DNA from: Octopus sinensis
Lineage: Eukaryota
NCBI RefSeq assembly: GCF_006345805.1
Contig: NW_021825115.1
Location: forward strand, 1 to 16,750
Direction: 5' to 3'
DNA: 16,750 nucleotides
The position numbers and the translations under genes are program-made. The notes beneath the pieces are model-generated. The model saw nothing but the letters and a program-made list of their open reading frames with translations, ran no database searches and was not told where the DNA came from. This document shows, one piece after another, positions 10,323 through 16,750 of the stretch (its first letter is position 1; every line of letters starts with the position of its first letter).

Positions 10323-10555
10323 CTATCCTCGCCCTTGGGTTGACCAATATGTTCTGTCGGAAAAAGCGCGCCCTCTAGCGTGCGTGTATAACAGTCTCTT
10401 TATTTACGTGTCTATATTTCAGTTTATCCTTAATTATATTTAGTAATTATTTGCATTTATTTTCAAACTATAATCAGCATATTTCCTAACATATTATTAT
10501 TGACACAATTACATATAAAATATAGAAATATAGTTGACCTTAAAAAGGTATCTAT

Positions 10556-10612
10556 TATCTATCTATCTATCATCTATCTATCTATCTATCTATCTATTAT
10601 CTATTATCTATC
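10556..10612. repeat. (TATC)n tetranucleotide repeat
   Basis: Direct repeat run. Confidence 0.9.
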
Positions 10613-10619
10613 TTTTCAT

Positions 10620-10868
10620 CTTATATATTATATATAGATATATATATAATATTTGATGATATTATTTATATTATATAATATATATATATATATACACCAC
10701 ATATATACACATAAATATACATACATACACATAACTCACCCAACAATAATCACTGATTGAATGGACCATAAATAAAATTTATACTTAAAAAGGATTTAGA
10801 TAATCCTATCAGGGGTGCTATAAGTTAGACATGGCCTGGACCAATCTTTGGTCGAACATATCTAAGTT

Positions 10869-10922
<54 letters not shown>

Positions 10923-11274
10923 TACAGACACACACGCATACACACATACATACCTACGGCCACATGAATATTTATGTATATACATATATATATATTATAT
11001 ATATATATATATATAATGATATATTGTGTATAGATATGTGTGTGTATGTAGATGTCCTATTTTAATTGCATTGAATGAAAATAACTACTAAGGTACACAG
11101 TAAATATTGTACAAATATTTACATGGTGTAAGTGAGAGCATATAAATATTCGGTACAAGGAGAACAACATTTACAGGCTATTATTCATAGTTTTATATGT
11201 ACTTCGAGATCCAATTCCTCAAAGGAATTATTTCAAGTTCTCTCGAAAGTTTATAAACTCTTATGAAGTTAACG

Positions 11275-11309
<35 letters not shown>

Positions 11310-11435
11310 TATATATACACATATATGTACATATATATGTATATATATATAGATAAATAGATAGATAGAGGAATACATAGATGTATAAAGTCACTGCTTT
11401 TTTATATAATGAAGACGCAATGCTTGTGTGCGTGT

Positions 11436-11476
<41 letters not shown>

Positions 11477-11662
11477 ACTGCGTTTTTGTTTCGTGTCTGT
11501 GTATGTGTGCAGGCTCTACTTCTGCGTGCGTTTGCTTGTATGTGTGGGATAACTTAAAAAATAATATAAACACTACTAAATTCTGTTATATGCGCTTTAT
11601 TGTAATATATTGTACAACCATTATATCCAGGTATGTGTGTACATAATATAGATGCTGTATTT

Positions 11663-11724
<62 letters not shown>

Positions 11725-11938
11725 ATCTATATATATATAATAGATAGATAGATATAGATATATACATGTATATGTATGTATATATAATATATGCATATAC
11801 GTATGTATATATGTACATATACTATATATAAAACGCATGGTTTAAACCTAGTAGCTCGTATATTCTATCTTTCGTCTTTGCATTTGCCATATACACAAAC
11901 ACACACATACACACATACAACACACTCATATATATATA

Positions 11939-11969
<31 letters not shown>

Positions 11970-12210
11970 ACAGATATATGTATATACATATATACATATG
12001 TATGTATATATATGCATATACATACATATTTATAACATATATATATATATATATATATTAATATTATATATATATTATATATATATATATATATATGTTA
12101 TGTAGTATTATATATATATATGTTATATGTATATATTGATGTATATATATATTCATGCTTATATATATGATATTATATATATATATATATAATATATATA
12201 TACTAGAATT
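10620..12210. repeat. Mixed (TA)n/(GT)n/(TATG)n microsatellite field
   Basis: TA runs at about 10874-10923, 11669-11720, 11930-11968 and 12045-12200; GT run at about 11427-11475. Confidence 0.9.
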
Positions 12211-12418
12211 TTGTGTATTATAAGTAAGAATTATAATTTTTGATGACATCCTTAATATCCTTATGGATTTCTTCTTGTTCATCATCATACATCATCATCT
12301 TCATTTTCACTATCACTGTTGATATTTCCTCTCCAGTATTTTACTCTCACCTTGCTTTTCTGTAGAAATTATATGCTTATATGTGTTTGTGGTGGTTCTA
12401 TTTTCTATATCTTTCTCT

Positions 12419-12444
12419 CTATCTATCTATCTATCTATCTATTT

Positions 12445-12493
<49 letters not shown>

Positions 12494-12545
12494 TCTATCT
12501 ATCTATCTATCTATCTATCGTTACTATCTATCTATCTATCTATCG

Positions 12546-12596
<51 letters not shown>
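12419..12596. repeat. Long (TATC)n tetranucleotide repeat
   Basis: About 180 nt of TATC with few interruptions. Confidence 0.97.
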
Positions 12597-12598
<2 letters not shown>

Positions 12599-12662
12599 CT
12601 ATCTTGTTTCTAAATATAATATAATATGTGTGTGTGAGGTGTGCACGTGTTTGGGAATGTGT

Positions 12663-12699
12663 ATGACCGCAGTCAAATAACTGAAACAAATAAAAAAAA
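12663..12699 (+). mobile_element. Isolated 3' tail of SINE family B (5'-truncated insertion)
   Basis: 12663-12695 is 31/33 identical to 13330-13362, followed by an A-run. Confidence 0.75.
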
Positions 12700-12933
12700 T
12701 ATTAGAAAATATATATATATATATATATGCACACTAACTGTATGTCTCAATTGTTGATATGTAACTATGTATACATAGATGTATATGCATGTGTATACAT
12801 GACTAATATTTACATACTCTCATATTAACTTATTTATGTGTGTGTGCGTAAATATATATATATATTATATAAATATGTATTATGTATTATCTATATATAT
12901 ATATATAATATAATATATAAATATACACACACA

Positions 12934-13092
12934 CAGGTGTGGCTGTGTGGTAAGCATCTTGCTTACCAACCACATCGTTCCTGGTTCAGTCCCACCGCGT
13001 GGCACTTTGAACAAGTGTCTTCTGCTATAGCCTCAGGCCGACCAAAGTGTCGTGAGTGAATTTCGGTAGACGGAAACTGAAAGAAGCCCGCC

Positions 13093-13140
<48 letters not shown>

Positions 13141-13370
13141 GTGTGTGCTTGTGTGTATGCATATGTATATGTTTGTAAGTCTGTATTTATCCCCACCATT
13201 ATCGCTTGACGACCGATGTTGGTGTGTTTACATCCCTGCAACTTTGCGGCTCAGGAATGGAAACCGATAGAATAAGTACAACGAATATGTCGTTGGGTCG
13301 ATTTGATCGACTAAAGGCGGTGCTCCAGCATGACCGCAGTCAAATGACTGTAACAAATAAAAGTATAAAA
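12934..13370 (+). mobile_element. Full-length octopus tRNA-derived SINE (family B here; OR-type) with an internal microsatellite
   Basis: A box TGGCTGTGTGG (12940-12950) and B-box-like GGTTCAGTCCC (12983-12993), then GGCACTTTGAACAAGTGTC (CORE-like), (TA)n from 13094, a 3' half ATCGCTTGAC...GGGTCGATTTG...GGCGGTGCTCCAGCATGACCGCAGTCAAATGACTG, and an A-rich tail. Confidence 0.9.
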
Positions 13371-13580
13371 ATTGTTTTTAAAAAAAAAAAATATATATAT
13401 ATTAAATATATCTATATCTATATCTATATATATACATATGAAGCACACACACATATGTATTATATACAGGCATACACACATATATACATATATGTATGTA
13501 TATACTTACATACTTTGATATAGACAAATGTATTTATTTGTGTGTATATATATATATATATATATACATTATATGTAGAA

Positions 13581-13713
13581 AAATACAAACTGGGACAAGA
13601 ATGTAAAACAGTTAGAAGACGATACAAAAAGCACGGACGGGACTTTCGAAGCCTTCAATCTTCAGTCAAGAACCGGATCATCCTCGCAATTTCGGCTGAT
13701 TAATCTTGAAGAT
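13581..13713. mobile_element. Fragment of a probable dispersed repeat (family uncertain)
   Basis: Higher-complexity block bounded by TA runs. It resembles a sequence I recall as repetitive in octopus; there is no second copy in the window. Confidence 0.3.
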
Positions 13714-14218
13714 ATATATACGTAAGCGTGCCTCTCTCTGTGTATACACATATACACCCTACAACTATTAGTCTCTCATGCACAAACTCGTAGTGAAAGT
13801 TCAAAATATTTAGAAATATTTCAAATGTCATTACAAGAAATATAATTTTATCATTTCTCATATCATTTCGGCATCGTTTCAACACTCTTTTCGGGTGAGT
13901 GATTTACTTTCAAATTATTCCATTGAGCATTTACCTACGTCCTTTTATTTTTTGCTTCCAAATCTGAGGACATTCGTTTCACGTTTTAATTTTGCCTTCT
14001 TCCTAAATTATACACCTGTCAGATATCGAGACACTAATTTATAACCTAAGCTCCTCGATTTGTAAAAACGTGGTAAAGTTATACCCTTATTGTGAAGTGT
14101 TGTTTAGTTTTATCTGCAAAATATATACCGGTAATATACAAATTTCGTCTCAGTTGATACTGTTTCAGAAAAAGCGTCCGCAAAAGAAAAAAGAAATTGC
14201 TCTTCAATATTTGCTCAG

Positions 14219-14385
14219 ACTCGGGGTTCAAATGAAGAGGAGGTCAAATTTTGCATTTTATCGTTTTGGGAACTTGATACCAGAAAGTACCAATCCAGAT
14301 GGTGCATTTAACTTCAAGTCGACAGTACTGACTATCATCGTCCCCTTACAAATGGTGGCCTCACGTCTAAATTGGAAAACAAAAC
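14219..14385 (+). mobile_element. Highly degraded SINE-A copy
   Basis: GGGTTCAAAT...GAGGTCAAATTTTGCATTTTATCGTTTTGGG...AAAGTACCA and a CCCC...TGGCC...GAAAAC tail, collinear with 8904-9060. Confidence 0.6.
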
Positions 14386-14436
14386 AATTACCGTCATAAT
14401 CGTCGAAACCAATAATGATTATTTATTTATTAATTA

Positions 14437-14437
<1 letters not shown>

Positions 14438-14475
<38 letters not shown>
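14438..14475. repeat. (TTA)n microsatellite
   Basis: Direct repeat run. Confidence 0.9.
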
Positions 14476-14569
14476 CATCAGCTATTTATACGTGAAGAGG
14501 TGCCCTCCCACGAGGAAGCGCATTGTGACCAGTGGTGTATGAACACATAGGACACTCTGATCATTATTA

Positions 14570-14574
14570 CTATG

Positions 14575-14609
<35 letters not shown>

Positions 14610-14777
14610 CATAATATGTTTATGTACATATGTATAAATATATGCATATGTACACACATACATAAATACATATATATTGTGTGTGTGTGTGCGTGTGTAT
14701 TTCTGTATGTAAGTACATATGTATATATGTGTATATATATATATATATATACATACATATATATATATATATATATA

Positions 14778-14823
<46 letters not shown>

Positions 14824-14836
14824 ATATATATATATA
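14570..14836. repeat. Mixed (TA)n/(GT)n microsatellite adjoining the inverted SINE-B head
   Basis: TA and GT runs ending at the SINE boundary. Confidence 0.9.
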
Positions 14837-14989
14837 TGGACTTTCATACAGTTTTTATCAACCATATTCACTGTGAAGGCATCAATCGACCTCGGGCTGT
14901 TCTAATCAAACACTTGCCTAAGGTGTTACACAATGGAACTGATCTCAAAACCAGGCTGTTTCGAAGCCAACATTCTTAATCAGACTCCC
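14837..14989 (-). mobile_element. Degraded SINE-B 5' half, inverted
   Basis: The reverse complement (...CACCTTAGGCAAGTGTT...CAGCCCGAGGTCGA...AGTGAATATGGTTGA...AAACTG...) is collinear with 12950-13093. Confidence 0.75.
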
Positions 14990-15705
14990 ATATATTTCAC
15001 TTTGCCTTTATTTATTCATTTATTTGTTTTGTTCTGAAATAGCGTCTCTCGTTAAGAGGGGAAATTTTTTCATCGTACTTCAACGACGAGAGATCAGATC
15101 CATTTTAAGTGTCATAAAAACTGCAACGGGAGCCGTTTTCTATGGTTCTGTGTAGCTGAAGATGACTCTCTTGTTATTCAGAGTTTCCTGTTGGGGAACT
15201 GCCAAGTACTCTACAGGGAGGCAGGGATGCGACAGTCGTAAAAGGGAGCTGACAAAAATGCGATGTTTAATGAAGTTAAGAAGGTTTCCAATACGTTAAG
15301 CGTGTTGAACAGCGTGGGTGATGGGATGGGAGAAAAAAAAAAGGGATTATCTTTACGCCATCATTATTTTGTTCGTTTATCACTAAGGGGAGTGTGCCCC
15401 CAAAAATTTAACTAATATAACCTTTCGTAAAATAGGGAGTGTATGTTTGATTGAGGATGTTTTACGTATATGTTATATGTGTACATAGATGCATAGACAC
15501 AGAAAACATACATTTATACTCACATATCTGTATGTGAGTGTGTGATTGTACATACTCACATGTATGTATTTAGTGCACGCACGATCGATTAGCTTATATA
15601 ATTCAACGTCTTCATTATGAATTGATTGACCCTTTTTCCTTTACATCATAAAGGTGCGTGTGTATGTGTGCGTGTAATATATACATATATATGTGCATGC
15701 ATAAA

Positions 15706-15931
15706 TACAAGGTGGGTGGGTGATTAAAAGATCCTGGCTTTTAAGGGTATCGCGAAAGGTCAGGTTCGGGGCCCCAACTTCCGAATTCTGTTATAGGGGT
15801 TAGAAAACCTGAAGGAGCGCTGCAATAAGTGTGTGAATCTCAGAGGGAAATATGTTGAATAAAACCATAATCAATTAATCCTTCTGTATTTTCTTTTAAC
15901 CCAAACCAGAAACTTGCAGATACCTCTCGTA
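15706..15931 (+). mobile_element. Mariner-derived MITE/deletion derivative (222 bp, 15708-15929) with TA target-site duplication
   Basis: TA at 15706-15707 and 15930-15931. Degenerate TIRs (left CAAGG...AAAAGATCCTGGCTTT; right reverse-complemented CGAGAGG...AAGTTTCTGGTTT). An internal remnant translates EFCYRG/LENLKERCNKCVNLRGKYVE* (stop 15860-15862), like mariner transposase C-termini. Confidence 0.8.
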
Positions 15932-15965
15932 TATGTATATATATATGTATATATATTTATAAATG

Positions 15966-16055
<90 letters not shown>

Positions 16056-16254
16056 GTATATTATAGAAAGGCAGAAACAAGAAAATGCCACTTCTATTTG
16101 AACACTATACAAATGATTTTTAAAAAAAACTTTTCTTTTAACTTTTTTCAATATGTATGTATGTATATGTGTTATATATATATATATATATAATATTATA
16201 TGTATAATATATATATATGTATATATATATATATAAATATATATGCATATATAT
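15932..16254. repeat. (TA)n microsatellite field
   Basis: TA runs at about 15963-16050 and 16176-16254. Confidence 0.9.
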
Positions 16255-16255
16255 A

Positions 16256-16310
16256 ATTTGATCTGATTTGATCTAGTTTCAGCTCATGAGCTGTGGCCAT
16301 GCTGTAGCAC
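16256..16310 (-). mobile_element. Inverted SINE-B-related 3' tail with pentamer tail repeat
   Basis: The reverse complement GTGCTACAGCATGGCCACAGCTCATGAGCTGAAACTAGAT-CAAAT-CAGAT-CAAAT aligns with 13320-13358. Confidence 0.65.
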
Positions 16311-16689
16311 AACCATTTTGGTGTTGCCACATAATTTTACTTCACTGATGCTTTTTAGAAATTGATATTTGGTGCATGTCGGAGTTTTATGCCGCTGCCC
16401 TCATCTGCACCTCTTGCCGTGAAGTCGACAGATGCAGATGCATATATATATACATACGTACACACACATACATATACGTATTTATACATTTACATGGGTA
16501 TATATAAAACACACACTCACACATATACGCATATGTATGGCATCCCCACCCCATATATGTATCTACGTAACCTATATAACGTTTAAATATGTGAAATGGG
16601 ACTTTGTAATCTGAACAGATAAAACAAAGAACTAAGATCAAATGTTCAGTCATTGATGCTTCATATTAAGCACCAAGAAATTATTAAAT

Positions 16690-16750
16690 TTAGTCAAGAA
16701 TCTATATGTTTTGAGTTCAATCCTGTACAGTGTCAGCATCCCCCCACCCT
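16690..16750 (+). mobile_element. Possible degraded SINE head at the window edge
   Basis: B-box match GAGTTCAATCC at 16713-16723; little else can be aligned. Confidence 0.25.

Noticed and set aside
12934-13000. tRNA gene suggested by A and B boxes
   Set aside because: No cloverleaf; the boxes are the tRNA-derived head of a SINE.
13630-13700. Hammerhead ribozyme on the minus strand (CTGAAGA...TTCGAAAG; CAGCCGAAA)
   Set aside because: Stem II does not close after CTGAAGA, and stems I and III cannot be paired in any topology I tried. An Infernal search would settle it.
14070-14399. 109-aa ORF
   Set aside because: GTG start, no domain recognised, and it overlaps a degraded SINE.

Overview
Eukaryotic, microsatellite-rich DNA, almost certainly from an octopus: it carries octopus-type tRNA-derived SINEs and very dense (TA)n, (GT)n and (TATC)n tracts. 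It contains one gene, FoxG (FoxG1/sloppy-paired class), on the + strand. The ORF track splits it into three ORFs, but these join into one CDS at 1388-5684 if single bases are restored at about 2118 (CAA>CA) and about 3776 (GTT>GT). The repaired protein is about 1432 aa, roughly three times human FOXG1. It starts with a vertebrate-like MLDM-VKM, has an eh1 motif at aa 120 and a near-invariant forkhead domain at aa ~1093-1190. The rest is homopolymer expansions, including a ~390-aa Asp-rich block whose Asp and His tracts are reverse complements of each other. The two breaks look like sequencing indels, although an in-frame GT-AG intron (1767-2347) could bypass the first. I recognise no TE in bases 1-8790. 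Downstream are SINE copies of two families, a 222-bp mariner-derived MITE and microsatellites. There is no CRISPR array or rRNA/tRNA gene, and I cannot support a wholly new system. The best leads are the giant repeat-expanded FoxG, its self-complementary mRNA segment (possible ADAR substrate), the frame breaks and two small bHLH-site clusters. Comparisons with human FOXG1, Mos1 and SINE consensus sequences are from memory and need alignment.
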